Shown in pieces: positions 36,901 to 50,087 of a stretch of 60,478 nucleotides of DNA (the first letter of the stretch is position 1; each line of letters starts with the position of its first letter). A program made the translations under genes and the position numbers. The stretch spans positions 71,257,003 through 71,317,480 of the forward strand of contig NC_057711.1 of the NCBI RefSeq assembly GCF_004010195.1, in the 5' to 3' direction. Origin of the DNA: Chiloscyllium plagiosum. Its lineage: Eukaryota. A model generated the notes under the pieces. It was not told the DNA's origin. It saw only the letters and a list, made by a program, of their open reading frames with translations, and made no database searches.

Positions 36901-37367
36901 AATCTCTGCTACCTTAGAATTGCTCTGGGCTTTCATCGCGAGTACAGCACATGTGCCTGTATCAAATTAAATCATTGTCATGGTGAATGGGTGCTTTGGC
37001 TGCCCATTTGGTGCCCACCATGTGATAATAGCATTGAGTGGGCTATAAAAGGACTTTGTGTGCAAGCAAGGAGGATGTGCATCAAAGCTCTAACTTTTTT
37101 GTCCTGTTCCTTTTTATCAGAGGTCTGAGCCGTTTTTACTGTGCAGATCTTCATCATTCTCATCTCCCTCAAGATTTGCACTCACCCCACTCCATTATTC
37201 CCCCTTTATTCATCTTTGTTATCCCACCATGTCACCAAACTCTGCCACCCTGACACCCCTTCCCATTAGATCCAAGTCCCTTGTCTGTCACTTTGGCGAT
37301 TTCAGAGTCGTCACATAGGCCATCATGTGTACCGTGTAGATTGTCCTCAAAGCTGTCAAGGCAATCC

Positions 37368-37950
37368 AGAAGATCACAGAATAAGACCATTTGATGTAGG
37401 AGCAGAAGAATGCCAACCAGTATATTGAGTCTGCTCATCATTCAATAAGATTCATGGCTGGTCTGATCCCCAACTTCATACTCCTGTCTTTTTCCCATCT
37501 CGGGGAAAGCCCAGCAATGTAGGAAGAAGGTAAATGTTCTGTAATGGTAAGTGCCACCATGTCTCCCCACCACCTCACACTTTCTCTAACTCTGCCTCAG
37601 CATTGATTCCTTTGGCATTCCATTAGTTACAGGTTGCAATCCTGAAACTGCCCCCTTTTTCCCAGCTCTCTGTCTTTTGCTGGTTAGCTAATCTTCTATC
37701 TGTGCAAATATACTATTCCCAACACCATGAGCTCCTTTCTAATTAAGTAGCCTTGTGTGTAGTACATTATCAAATGCTGTTTGAAAATCCAGATCTATTT
37801 TATCAACTTGCTCCACTTTGTCTTTCCTGCTTCTTACCTCCTCAAACAACTCTACTAACTTTATCAGGTGTTATTTCCCTTTCATGAAGCCACGTTGGTT
37901 TTGCCTGAATATATTATGTATTTTTAAATTCTCTGCTATTACATCTTTCA
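37368..37950 (-). mobile_element. CR1 family C fragments (3' tail at 37368-37500, internal piece at ~37560-37950)
   Basis: ATAAGACCAT...TAGGAGCAGAAG tail matches 53365-53460; CCAGTTACAG-like and TCAAATGC..TTGAAAATCC RT segments follow. Confidence 0.65.
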
Positions 37951-38834
37951 ACTGCCATGAACATTTTATTGTAGCTCACCACATTTACCCCAATTGCACC
38001 ATTGTCTAACAGTAATGCCACTCCACTTTTACCTCACTCAATCTCTCTCATTCCCTCATTCCAGGAGAAAACAGCCCATTATAGCACAGAAAAAGCCAAG
38101 GTAAGGAGTAGGTGGCTGATATTCAGCTCCTCACCCCCTTGTGAGGAGAGGAGCGTGACTACTGAATGCTGATGACTGACCATGGGTTTGGACATGGTTT
38201 CGGCTGATGTTGGGACCTGCCCTTGACTAACTGTGTCAAGAACTCCTGACTGAAGACTGTCTCCTTTGAGTTGACTGAGGATTTGGAGACATTGATTGAA
38301 GCATATGCCATGTACATGGCAAGCATATGGTGAGGATGTAAAATTGACATAGCATGGTATCATACAGCAACGTGTCCATCCTTTGAATGATCCTTACTGG
38401 CAGAAGTGACAAGCTTCTTGGATTTGTGTATGCTCCAGATAGAAATAGGGTGAGACTGTTACCTCTGGCTGAGGTGGCATCCTGCAAAAAGGCTAAGCAA
38501 GGGAAAGTACAGCAGAGATGCTGTAAGCACCAAAGCTGGCTCAAAATGACTAAGCAGGAAGTGAGCAAGTGAGCAGCTGTGAGGTGTGGCCTTGTCTGAT
38601 TCATGATTTGGGTATCTATCCAAAGATGCATGGTGGATCTTGCAGCAGCAAGGCAACAATAGATGCTGGTGCATTCCACAGTGAAGAGCTAAGGTGTAGA
38701 AGTGTATCATAAGCAGTCTGCAGATATGCCATGTTGATGCAGAGACGCTGGCATGTGTTAGATGCCAGTGTCCATGGAAGTGAGGTGTGTACAGTCATTG
38801 TCCATGGAATATATCTGGAATTAAGCATTGTCTT

Positions 38835-39158
38835 ATGACCATGAAACCATTGTTAATTGTCACAAAAAACCATCTGGTTCACTAATGTCCTTAAGGGAAG
38901 GAAATCTGCCATCCTTATCTGGTCTGGCCAACATGTGACTCCAGAGTCACAGCAATGTGGTTGATGATCAACTGCCCTCTAAAATGGCCTAGAAAGCCAC
39001 TCAGTTGTATCAATCACTAGAAAATCACAACAAAGAAACACAGCAAGTGGACTGCAGTGGTTCAAGATGGCAGCTCACCACCAGCCTCTCAAGGGCAATA
39101 GGGATGTGCTATCAATGCTCACCAGCCAGCAATGCATAAATCCCACAAACGAGTTTTA
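38835..39158 (+). mobile_element. SINE family 2, 5'-truncated
   Basis: CCATCTGGTTCACTAATGTCCTTAAGGGAAGGAAATCTGCC core plus LINE-B tail GGCAGCTCACCACCA...CAAGGGCAAT. Confidence 0.82.
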
Positions 39159-40189
39159 AAAAGACACATCCGGAGATATTTGTGCTGGTTGCCCAAGATT
39201 CCTGTCCAGAGGAATAAGCAGTCAGCTAAAGCTGTCAATTATCTCTTCAGACTTTCCTATCTGGAATTCTTGCTATCTAGTTTCTATCTGATAGGTGGGT
39301 GAATCGGAAACTGCACATTAATGAGGTGAGAATATGTCGTAATGAGGGTCATAAACAGTGAAAACCCCTGTTAGTAGTTCTCTCCCCACCCACTATCAAG
39401 AATTTCATTTCAATATCTCTTAGTTGGAGAATGAGACGTTTTTCTCTCTTGACATTGAAAATAGCCTTGCTGGAAGTCTCCCTGATTTTCCAAATTGTTG
39501 TGTCATCGTCTATGTTGTTGAGGGCTTGGGAAGACTCTGCTGAGTGATTTGGGGGGGGGAGCTATATTTAATCATTCAACTAAAAAATTTCCTTGCAGAA
39601 ATGTTGTCTATGCAATACTAGTTTTTCCAGTGTAAAATGAGCAAAAGGTCAGAGAAGGAGCAGAAAGAGTGTAAATCATTAATAGAATTATAAAGGATGA
39701 AAAAACCAACAAGAAGTGGAGAAAATAACACAAAATAAACAACCTTTCTTTCAACTTTGGAGAAAACATGAAATGTCGTATTTTCTCATTTTAAAGCATT
39801 TCAATGATATTTAAATGCTGAAAACAAATAGTAGGATGATAATCCTGAAACATTAAAAGTTTTTCAACTTTAACTGAAATTAAGGAATATCTCTTAAATG
39901 GAATATAGGAAAAGCAAATCTAAAAAGCTTTATAAAAGCAACAAAGCTCTTAAAGATGGAACTTTATCAGCAATTTATCTTCATTATATGATCATCAAAA
40001 AAAATTATAATCTTCAGAAACCCTGATGAAAAAGATTGAACATTTTAAACAATTTAAAACACTGAATGGAAACATAAGTTATATTACAAAATACTAGAAT
40101 ATTCCTGCAATAGCTTTCTATCAAATAATTTAACTTTTTAAATGTTTCATATAATGTAAATGGAGAAACAGATTGCACACCCTCGCAGA

Positions 40190-41630
40190 GTTACAAATCT
40201 TTCAGAGATGGAATTGAATAGGACTATATGGAATAGACAATTCATATGATATAGTATTATTTCAGGTTTGCAGAAGAAACTCAGAAGATCAAATGAATGC
40301 ATTTCCTTCAGTACGTCCAGATCATATTTTAAAATAACAAAATGTCAGCAAAGTAACAGACAACTTTGATCATGTAAGAATTATTGACAATTATTTTCTT
40401 TCAAGTATTAATTGTATAATGGAGAAAGCAAGATTCAATAGAAGAGTGTACCTTTAATGGGGAGCCGATTGACGTGTATTAATAATCTTTGTTTATTGTC
40501 AGACTTTGTGATTACCGTGATTTACAATCAGAATAAGTTTGAGCCAGAATTATTGTCAGAATTTCTGATGCATCTCTTTCAGATTTGTTACAATAAAAAG
40601 AGAATTGTACATTAGAAAGAGCTATACAAATAATGGTTGAAGCCGATATCCAAAACAGCATCAGAAAATTATGGGAACACAAAGCCAGTCTAGCTCAAGA
40701 AACTCATCAGCCATTGTTAACATTCTAAGGTACAAAAACACTAAAGTATTTGTTATGAACCAGACTAAACCCTCTCAAATGTATTTAAAAATATAGCCTA
40801 GACAATAACGTTTTCTTTTCTTAAAGGCAAATGCCAGGTTGTGTGCTGGATGCAATTCGATTGGTCAAACTACCAGTCTTGAAGCAAATACACTTTATTC
40901 ATTCACTACAGTTAAAAGACAACAAAATAAAGAAGAAATTAGAATAATTTAACTTTCATAAAAAACTTAACAGAATAATAGATTATTTAACTATTAAAAA
41001 ATAACTGTTCCAATGTAGTAACACTTCATAAACAAAGTGTTTATGAAGTTTATAAACTTGACAAAGGCAAATTCTGTAAGACAGATTGCCTCATAAGCAA
41101 TTCTAGCAGCAGGAAGAGAACTCCCAGCTTTTAGTTGTAACAGGGAGAGAAAAAAATAGCTTCCACTTCCAGCTTCAAGACCCCAGTAGCAACTGCAATT
41201 GAAACATCTAAACATTTTGGTTTTGTGGGAGCTTATCCCTACCCCATTAGACTATTATTTTTCTAACTTCAAAAAAAAAACCCAAGGCCTCACAAACTGT
41301 TTAATTTTTTTGGCTTTGGAGCAGACTCTGTCTCAACCTTTCTTCACAAAGAAACCCAGAACAAAATACACCTCTTAAAGCCATAGTATCATCACATACT
41401 ACATGACAGACCACAAAAAAACTCTTTAAATCTTTTCATATTAGAAGTTTCTATTCCAGATGTGGATCTAGCTTTATGATGGTAATGCAACTTTTTGTAA
41501 GAAAATGGGACATTGCCAGACAACATGCAAAAGTCAAAAACAACTGTTGAACCACACAACCAGTAACGCTTACATGAGTGAAGAGGTCAATACCTAACAG
41601 CAAGCATCTTTGGAAGAAATCCCAAATACC
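40190..41630 (+). mobile_element. Decayed Gypsy gag (capsid plus zinc knuckle), split by a solo LTR
   Basis: MEKARFNRRV...GEPIDVYINNL...RIIVRISDASLSDLLQ*KENCTLERAIQI (40419-40640). After the LTR comes CNF(+1 frameshift)CKKMGHCQTTC, a CX2CX4HX4C knuckle at 41486-41528. Confidence 0.8.
40751..41396 (-). mobile_element. Solo LTR (646 bp)
   Basis: TGTTATGA...TCATCACA termini (7/8 inverted match) with flanking TATT/TACT near-duplication. TTTATT at ~40894 is a minus-strand polyA signal, which is the basis for the strand call. Confidence 0.75.
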
Positions 41631-44600
41631 ACGGTATATCTTTGTTAGAATTCCTATTAAATGATGATTGGCCACCTTTTGAAGACACTAACATATCTTT
41701 CCATGGGATAATAGTAGCTCAGCTAAATGAAATATGACAATAATTGGACAAGTGGAACGTGTCATTCTTGATATGTTGCTAATTAAGTTTTGGGGGAGTG
41801 GATCCATGATGACCTTTTTGATCCACCCAATTAAAGTGCTCAAGTGGTCAACTAGTGTCATGTAAGGGCCACAATCAAAACCTCCTAAATTGTTTACCTT
41901 GTCTCGAAAGTCATCTAGTCTCCTGACTGGGAAGACAGGCAACCCTGTCTGCTTAATTGAGGAGGTCCTCCAATTGCCCCCAACACTTTGAATTATCCAG
42001 CTCCCCTTGAAAACCCTGCTCTGTGAGAAGCACATAAAAATTACTTATCTTCTTGCTGTGGAATCACCCAAAGAGTCGGATTGGACCAGTGGCCGTTCGG
42101 ACCCTATAGTTTTGGCATTGGATTGGAAGGCAGCTTCTGGCAATAATTGAGGCTATAGTAGGCCATGCTCACCTATCAGTTCTTAATTGATGCAACATAG
42201 GTTTTCTAGTTAGGGTGAGGTGGAGGGGGGAGAGGTGGGGATGCATGCTGGTGTGTTAGTTATCATACGCTTGTCTCTAAATTGCATTCAACTGCACAAT
42301 ACCAACGGATGCACATCACCTGTAAATGAAAGTAAATTGAGTGCTATGTGATTTCTGTGCACCACTAACTCAATGGTGAGATTGGGCATTTTTTTTTAAA
42401 TGTAACAATTCATAGCATGTAAATGTGTCACTCATAGAAACCCACCATGGTGTGATATAAAACCTGAACTCCCACAGTTGTTCACTGATTTAATTGTTCT
42501 TTCTGAATCTACTGATAAATGTCCGAAATGTGAAGACTTAAAACGAACTAAATTTGTTGAAACTCTGAAGTTTCAATTTTCATCACCATAGGATAGAACT
42601 TTGTTGCAACATTATTGGTTTTATCTTGCAGAATTAAAAGAAAACATGGTGAACTGTGACATGCAGGTCCAAATCAACTTGTAATCTTCAAAATGGAGGC
42701 AGAGTACAACCAGTGTGTTCATTTCCAAATATTTCTGATTCTTCACTGACTTTATTATCTTTACAAAAGGCCTGCTGAAACACATGCCAATCAGACAGTA
42801 GCAAGGCTAGTAGGAAGCCTTCTCCTCAAAACAAGGCCCTATTGGCATAGGTCCACCAAGAGAAAGCTGCCAGCCAGTCGGAGGCCATCAGCTCTTGCAT
42901 TCAGCAGTGTCACTGGCGCAGCTGTGTCTGCTGTTGGAAAGACAGCCCTCTGGAATCCCAAGATCATGGAGAACCCAGGCCACAGGTAAGTAATGTATAA
43001 GGGTAGTGTTTGCAGAGTAGGAATCATGGGGATCAGAAGCAAGGGCATAAATGCACCCCCCACTCGCCATTTCTGATATCTAGTCTTTCAAACAGGTACT
43101 AATTACCCAGGCCTCTCCTACCTCCTCCCCAGTGCTCCCCTCCCATTCGCCACCTCTTGAGGTGACTATCTGCCTGCATAGTCTGACTGTCATGCATGCT
43201 CTTTGTGAGAGACTTGTTTGCTACTGGACTAATCCCAATGGTAGTGGATATAGCCTTATGTAATCCTCCTAAAACCATTTCCCTACCAATGCTGAATATT
43301 CTGCCCAAAGAATATGTATGTAGCTAATTAGCAAATGCAAAGCCAATATATTTGAAATATAGTTTAAAAGACTCGATCCTGATGGTACCAGATTTGATAT
43401 TCTGTACCTGTCAGAAGAAGAAGAAATCAGGCTGCTTAAGTATTTGCTTTTGGACTTGAGAATTGACTTCTGTGGATTGCAATTGATTGTACTAGAAGAT
43501 ATTTGCTCTCCTGGTGATTTGATATTCTTGAAGTTTTTGCCAATTTACCCTCAGTGGTCAGGGAAATACTTTACAATTGATCAGAAATTGCACCGTAAGG
43601 CACTAGTTTATGAATCCATGAATTTGTCTGAAATTTCACTGCCATCATTTAACTTGAGATGTTAACTTGCATAACGTCAGGGTCAGAAATTTTTACATGC
43701 AATAATTCACTTCTCCGGGGGGGGGACTAAAAAAAAACTAGGCTGTGTACAAACACTAAAAATTGTGGAAATTCAATAGATCACTTTTTCCGTTCCATAC
43801 CTTCATATATTCTTAAATAATTTTTTAAACAATATTACAAATTGCAATTACAGAATTATTAATAAAAACAATGAAAATTATTACAAAATACTTAATTAAA
43901 AATATGAATATCAGAGACTATACTTATAAATCAAACTTATTTTATTAGCACATATCACTGTTAAGCTTTGGACGGTAGGCACATTATTTTAACATCTCCA
44001 ATGTTTGAAATATTGCAGCCCCCAGCATAAAGCTTCAAAGTCTGACATCTATAAACGATCAGCATCCAAATGACTTCACAAGTTCCTCAGGATGATTGAT
44101 GCATTTTTAATTATCTCTAGCATCAATATGAGCAAATAGAAGGCACGTATATTTTATCTCTTCTATCTCTGGTTTGATTTTTCCTTTTTTTTCATCTTTA
44201 ATTTTTGGTATGAATTTTGCATGTCACTTATTTTATTACAAGTTCATAAAGTGCTTTGAAAAATATTTCAACATCGAAAATATTTTAGTCCAAAACCCTC
44301 AAAGCTGTTTCCATTGATCCTCATTAACAAACCTATTTGTCAAAAGTATGTGATAAATCTGAATAGGCAACTAATCTAAAATATAAAACAACAATCAGTT
44401 CCAAGGCAATTAAATTGAAACAGTGTATAGCTACATATATATGTAAGAATGGCTTATGACTAAAACCTTTTATATCAATGTCAAATATTACAGATAGATT
44501 ATAACAACAATTGGAAATATATAATTTACTGTGTGCAGTAGAAAAGCAATATTGACTATGTATGGCACCAGTTCAGGTAAACATACTGAAGACAGCGATT

Positions 44601-46639
44601 TTGGCATTCAGCCTGATTTGTGGAACTGCAGATGTTTCCACTCTCACAAACAAATCAGCACCAACAATAAAATGCAACTGAACACGACCAGAATTGATGG
44701 GTTTACCATCTGTGGCTTAATTATTCAACATTGCTATTTAAATGTACATGACCACAATTTTAAAGCAACAGTTTGCAACACATTTGCTCAAAAAAGAAAA
44801 CTTGTTCAAGTTAAAATTTAGATATTCTAAATATTTTTTTAAAAATACCTTAAACTAATATGTTAAAGACTTTACTTTGCCCTCCTCTCTTGATGTTATC
44901 TGAGAACAGAATTTTAGAGTTTTGTTTACCCATGAAATCGACTGAACCCTGCTCTTTGCTCTAGGTTTGAGCCCACTCAAGGGGCCAGGAACTGGGAACA
45001 TAGAGCAGAGGCCAGGAAATTTAATAAGCCTCAACCCCACAGAATTTGATCTCCAGTTGTTAGAAAAGAAATTGCTACTTGGCAAAAGGAATGGAAAACA
45101 TGAGAGACTGTACGTTCTAGCATAATAGCCAGTACTAACAGTTGATTCACCAGTGCACTCCTCTGACACAATATTCTCATTATGTTTTGCTTTCCCCTGA
45201 TGAGAGTCAAACATTATCATTTGCACTTAAAGACTGAGAAACATTCTAACTGTGTTGTGCTATGCTTGCTAACTCAATAGTAGGTAGCAAGATATCAGTT
45301 TGTAGAACTAATTGAATAATTTTCTACTGACTGATCATGAACTAATATTTTATAAAGTATAACTTATACCCATTAAACAAGATCTAATTTCTACCTCCAA
45401 ACAATTTGATGGCACTGTAAAGTACTAAAGCAACAAGAAGCAATTTTAACTTCAGTCAATATATGACAAAATGGAACTAACCATCAAATTATCCTTTCCG
45501 TTCAATTCCCTTTGACACTTTTGCCAAAAGCTAAATAAAAGCAGACTCCAGGAGATTATAGCTTACGTTTATGAGCATGGGCTGTTGGCCAGAAACCTTG
45601 GCAACCAACACTGTATAACAGAAAGTCAAACATGCATTGGGCACTGCTTGATGTGGTCCCCCACCAGCCTGTACTAGATTATCAACAACAATAATATTGT
45701 ATATTTATAAAGAGACTTCAGCATAATTAAACATCTCAAATTACTTCACAGGAGCATTATAAAACAGAGTATTACAACAAGCTACATAAGAAGCAACATT
45801 TTAAAGGGTCCCTGCCAAGGTGTTTGCTGGCTCCTGCCCAATAAGGAATGTTACAGAGATTGAAATAGCCAGTCCTGCTGACGATGTGAATACGAGGTAG
45901 GAAATCCATCTGTACAGTAATGGTAACAACAGATGCAACGTTAATGTAATCTTGACAGTCATAACATGGCTTTCTCTTTATCTCTTAATAGTTTATGAAA
46001 AGTGATATTCTGGTAAAAATGAATCTTTTCTTAAGAATTTGCCACAATGGTCAATTTTTAAGTTGAATAATTTGCTTTTGTCAGATTTGTATCTCAAAAA
46101 TTGAAATGTACAACCAATGACTACAAATGTTGAAATGTTGCATGATTGCTTCTCTGGTTCTGAATAGATGGATCACTTTAGCTTCTTTTAAAAAGCACAA
46201 TTTGTACTTCCAGTTCTGAATATGCCTTTTTTCTTTGGTTACAAGATTGTTAGTGAACTTGCCTTTGGCATGGAATTTGATTATCTTTCATTTGGAATGA
46301 TTTTGATATAACACTTACACACATTCTGGCAGAGATTAGGGTACAGAGATTTCAATTTGAATTGGTGAAGATAATCCCAGTGCTGGTGGGCATCATTATC
46401 CTGGTCCTGTAGCAATGATGTGAAGGCTAGTAACTAGGCGAGAAAAGCAAGAGGGATCATAGTCAGGAAATGCCCCAACCCAGACTGGCACTTAGGAAAA
46501 TTCCCAGGAACAGGCTGGAAAATGGATCAATTTCCTACTGAAGAAAAGGGCAGCTAGCGTACATAATTAGGACTCCAATTATGAGCGATTCAGAGAGTCC
46601 ACTGGTATTTTATTTTCTTTATTTAACTTACTTTTCTAA

Positions 46640-46738
46640 TTAACCCATTCAGAGATGTTATTATACACCTCTGGAGCAGGTAGGACTTGAACCTCTGCCT
46701 CCCGCACCAGGGGTAGGGATACTAGCACTGTGTCACAA
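46640..46738 (-). mobile_element. Short tRNA-derived SINE family 3
   Basis: Reverse reads GACACAGTGCTAGTATCCCTACC...GGTTCAAGTCCTACCTGCTCCAGAGGTGT; a second copy lies at 48240-48345. Confidence 0.75.
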
Positions 46739-47104
46739 GTGGTGGCAGAGCAATCCCTGTCATGTGTAGGGCCTGCTAACTCGATGGATGCAACCTGCCC
46801 TGTTTAAACTGAGTAGTCAACAGGTCGATATTTTAAAGAGGGGTGTCTGCATCAATGTGATGGCAAATGTGTTGTCCAATTAAAAGGTCACTTCTGGAAA
46901 TATTGTGAAGCCGGTCTCACTGCCAGCAGACTCCCATTTGCTCTTTATGTCAAGTTACTGAAGCCTGCTGTAAAAGCCTTCCCAAGATTTTAAGATATCT
47001 GAACACAAACATTTTACAATTGCCATTCACTGAGTTTTATCTGTACTGTGATAGAGGACGATTCATGGCAAATTAAGGATTTGCTCAAAGTTATGCAGTT
47101 TGTT

Positions 47105-48600
47105 TTCATTCATTCATGGGATATCAAGGGAACATTTATTGCCCATCCCCAATTGCCCTTGAAAAGATAGTGGTGAGCTGCCGATTTGAACCATTACAAT
47201 CAATTTAGTTTGGGGACATCCACAATGCTGCTCAGGAGGGAGCTCCAGAATTTTGACCCAGCAATAATGAAGGAACAGCAATATATTTCTAAGCCAGGAC
47301 GGTGACTGGATTAGAGGGAAAGTTCCAGGTGGTGGTGTTCCACGTATCTGCTCCCTTTGTGTTTTGCAATGCTTGAGGCCTCAGATTTGGAAGGTGCTGT
47401 CTAAGGAGCCTGGCTGAGTTGTTGCATTGCATCTTGTAGAATGTTAAACACTGCTGCAACTGTACTTTGATGGTGGAGGGCATGGATGTGGTGCAGTCAC
47501 ATGAACTGTTTTATCCTGGATGGCATTGAGCTTTGTTGGAGCTGCACCCATCCAGGCAAGTGGGGAATATTCCATCACATTCCTGACTTGTGCCTTTTAA
47601 ATGGTGGACAGGCTTTGGGCAGTCAGGGGTGAATTACTCACAGTAAGATCCTTCATCTCTAACTTGTTGTCATACTATCTTCATAGCTAGTCCAGTTCAG
47701 TTTCTCATTAATGTAACCCCCACAATATTGATAGTCGGGGATTCAGCGATGACATTGCCATTGAATGTCAAGATACACTGATTATGTTCTATCTTGTTGA
47801 AGATAGTAATGGCTGAGTGTGAATGTTATTTGCCACTTTTCCATGTAAGCCTGGATATTGTTCTTGTTGTGTTAGATTTGAACCTGGATTGTTTCAGGAC
47901 CTGAGGAGTCTCAAATGGTGTGGAACATTGTGGAATCGTTGGCGAGTATTCCCACTTCTGATCTTATGTTGGAGGCAAGATCATTGATGAAGCAGCTGAA
48001 GATGACTGGACCAAGGACACCCCTGAGGAACTCCTGTAGAGATGTTCTGGTGCTGAGATGACTGACCTCCAACAACAACAACTGTCTTCCTTTGTGCCAG
48101 GTATGACCCAGCCAGCAGAGAGCATTCCCCCGATTCCCATTGTTTTCAGTTTTGCTAAGGCTTCTTGAAGCATTGACATCAAGGATAATCACTTTTCCCT
48201 CCCCTCTGGAACTCAGCTCTTTTATCTGTGTTTGAATTGTGGCTGTATTAGTAGTAGTGTCCCTATCTCTAGGCCAGAATGCCTAGATTCAAATCCCACC
48301 TGCTCCAGAGGTATGTCATATCATCTCTTAGCAAGTTAATTTAAAATAAAAACATTAAGCAAGTGCTGCTTGATAACATTGTTCATGACCCTTAACTGAT
48401 CATTAAATGTAGACTGATGGAGTGGTAGTTGGCTGAGTTGTATTTATCCTCTTTTCCTTTACAGGACATACCTGGGAAATTATTTGCATTGTCATGTAGA
48501 TGCCAGTGTTGTAATTGTACTTGAACAGCTTGGCTAAGGGCGCAGCAGTTCTGGATCACAGGTCTTCATTGCTATTGTTGGAATGTTATCAAGGCCCATT
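47105..48600 (-). mobile_element. LINE family B, RT to 3' end
   Basis: GVLGPVIFSCFINDL...GILANDST (RT motifs), ALAKLKTMGIGG, FYKMQCNNSARLLRQHLPN and tail CATTTATTGCCCATCCCCAATTGCCCTTG. Confidence 0.88.
48240..48345 (+). mobile_element. Short tRNA-derived SINE family 3, nested in LINE B
   Basis: TAGTAGTGTCCCTATCTCT...GATTCAAATCCCACCTGCTCCAGAGGT. Confidence 0.75.
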
Positions 48601-49189
48601 GTGTCAATGTGCAATTGCAGGATAAATGTAGGCAATGGAGAAAAAAAATATTAGCCATTCAAAAAGCAGTCATAAAAATAATTTCATCCCATTCAGACAA
48701 CCAAGTGTTGACTATGCTTACTGTGGGTTCATTCATCTAATATCAAAGCTACAATAACCATAAGCAACTCAGCAACTTTGGAATGTCTATCTTCCAAATA
48801 AATATCCTGATGGGCAGTTTGGAGAACCTAATGGCTTTGATTTCATTATTATATAGCTATATTGAGGCCATACAACTTCATTGAAGTTGAAATGATGATG
48901 AGTTGGCCTCTGTTCTGCACTCTGTAAGTCTCAGCCATACTAATATTTAGATGCTTCCACTATTGCTACCAGGTCCTCAGATCCTTTATGAATTTCAAGA
49001 TGACTAACTTGTAGACAAATGGATTTCAATTCTGAATTGTTCTTACATTCCGTTATACCATTACCTTCAAGCTCTGATACAAACTTTCGCCTCTCTTTTA
49101 AGCTTACTCATTCATACTGCAAAGAGCTTGGAGAGAGTGTGCTGTACAGAGAGGCCTGATAATGTTATGGTAATACCGCTGATAATCCA

Positions 49190-49490
49190 AACAATGTGAC
49201 CTTAAAATCTCAATATAGCTGTTTGGAAATCTGAATAAAAAAGTCAATACCAGCAAAAGAGTAACTATATTGTCATAAAAATTGAATTTGGTCACTCCTT
49301 TCTTTTAGGTAAGGAAACCTTTTCTCTTCAACTGCTGTGTCTTAAGTGTGACTACAGTCCCATAACAACAGAGCTGACTCTTGTCTCAAGCTACTCAATC
49401 AATACAATTAATGGCAGCCTTTCAACATGGCAGCCCACAATTACCATCTACAAAAAACTAGGGATGTCCAATTTTGCTGAAAAGGGCACA
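49190..49490 (+). mobile_element. SINE family 2, decayed
   Basis: Diverged match to the SINE-2 core (TTTAGGTAAGGAAACCT...GTGACTACAGTCCCA...GACTCTT) and tail. Confidence 0.55.
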
Positions 49491-49576
49491 GTCTTAATTT
49501 TTAAAAAATAATTTATTGTCAACTTTTGGTTCATGCAAGTGAATTATCTCTGTTCATATTATTTTCCACTTGTAAA

Positions 49577-49888
49577 GGCGAGGTGATGGCCTAGTGGTAT
49601 TATCACTAGACAATTAATCCAGAGACTGAGGTAATGTTAAAATCTCACCATATAGATAGTGAATTTTGAATTTAATTTAAAAATTTGGATTCTAATAATA
49701 ACTGAAAAGCCATTGTTGGGGGCAAAACCCATCTAGTTCACTAATGTCCTTTAGGAAAGGAAACTGGTCTGGCTTACATGCGACTCCAGACTCAGCAATG
49801 TGGTTGACTCTTAACTGTCCTTTGGCCACTCAGAATGGGCAATAACTGCTGGCCTGCCCACTGATATCCACATCCTGTGAATCAATGT
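49577..49888 (+). mobile_element. SINE family 2, near full length
   Basis: tRNA-like head GGTGATGGCCTAGTGGTATTATCACTAGAC..TAATCCAGAGAC, the shared core and a LINE-B tail. Confidence 0.85.
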
Positions 49889-49913
49889 TTTTAAAAAACC
49901 TGTTTTATGTATA

Positions 49914-50087
49914 CAGAACAACCTCAATTATCCAAATGAGACGGGTGGGGAGTATTTTGTTTGGATCACTGAGAGTTCGGATGATGGATTGTTCGGATAA
50001 TGGATAGTGTTTTTACAGGACCTTGAGTTCTTGTTTGGATAACTCGAAATTCAGATAATTGATGTTTGGATAATCAAGGTTGTTCTG
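49914..50087. mobile_element. MITE, Tc1/mariner (pogo/Tigger-like), 174 bp
   Basis: 23-bp terminal inverted repeats CAGAACAACCTCAATTATCCAAA / TTTGGATAATCAAGGTTGTTCTG (2 mismatches). TA on the left and CA on the right. Internal TTCGGATAAT-like subrepeats. Confidence 0.85.

Noticed and set aside
42983-42991. Perfect CAG|GTAAGT splice donor
   Set aside because: It lies within a copy of the old interspersed repeat, with no matching acceptor or recognisable reading frame.
44855-45226. 123-aa minus-strand ORF and the other 60-150 aa non-TE ORFs in the track
   Set aside because: No recognisable domain or splice context; many start at non-ATG codons and are of chance length.
48863-48910. Nested palindrome GAGGCCA...CAACTTCATTGAAGTTG...TGGCCTC
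   Set aside because: Short asymmetric stems of a kind expected by chance in 60 kb.
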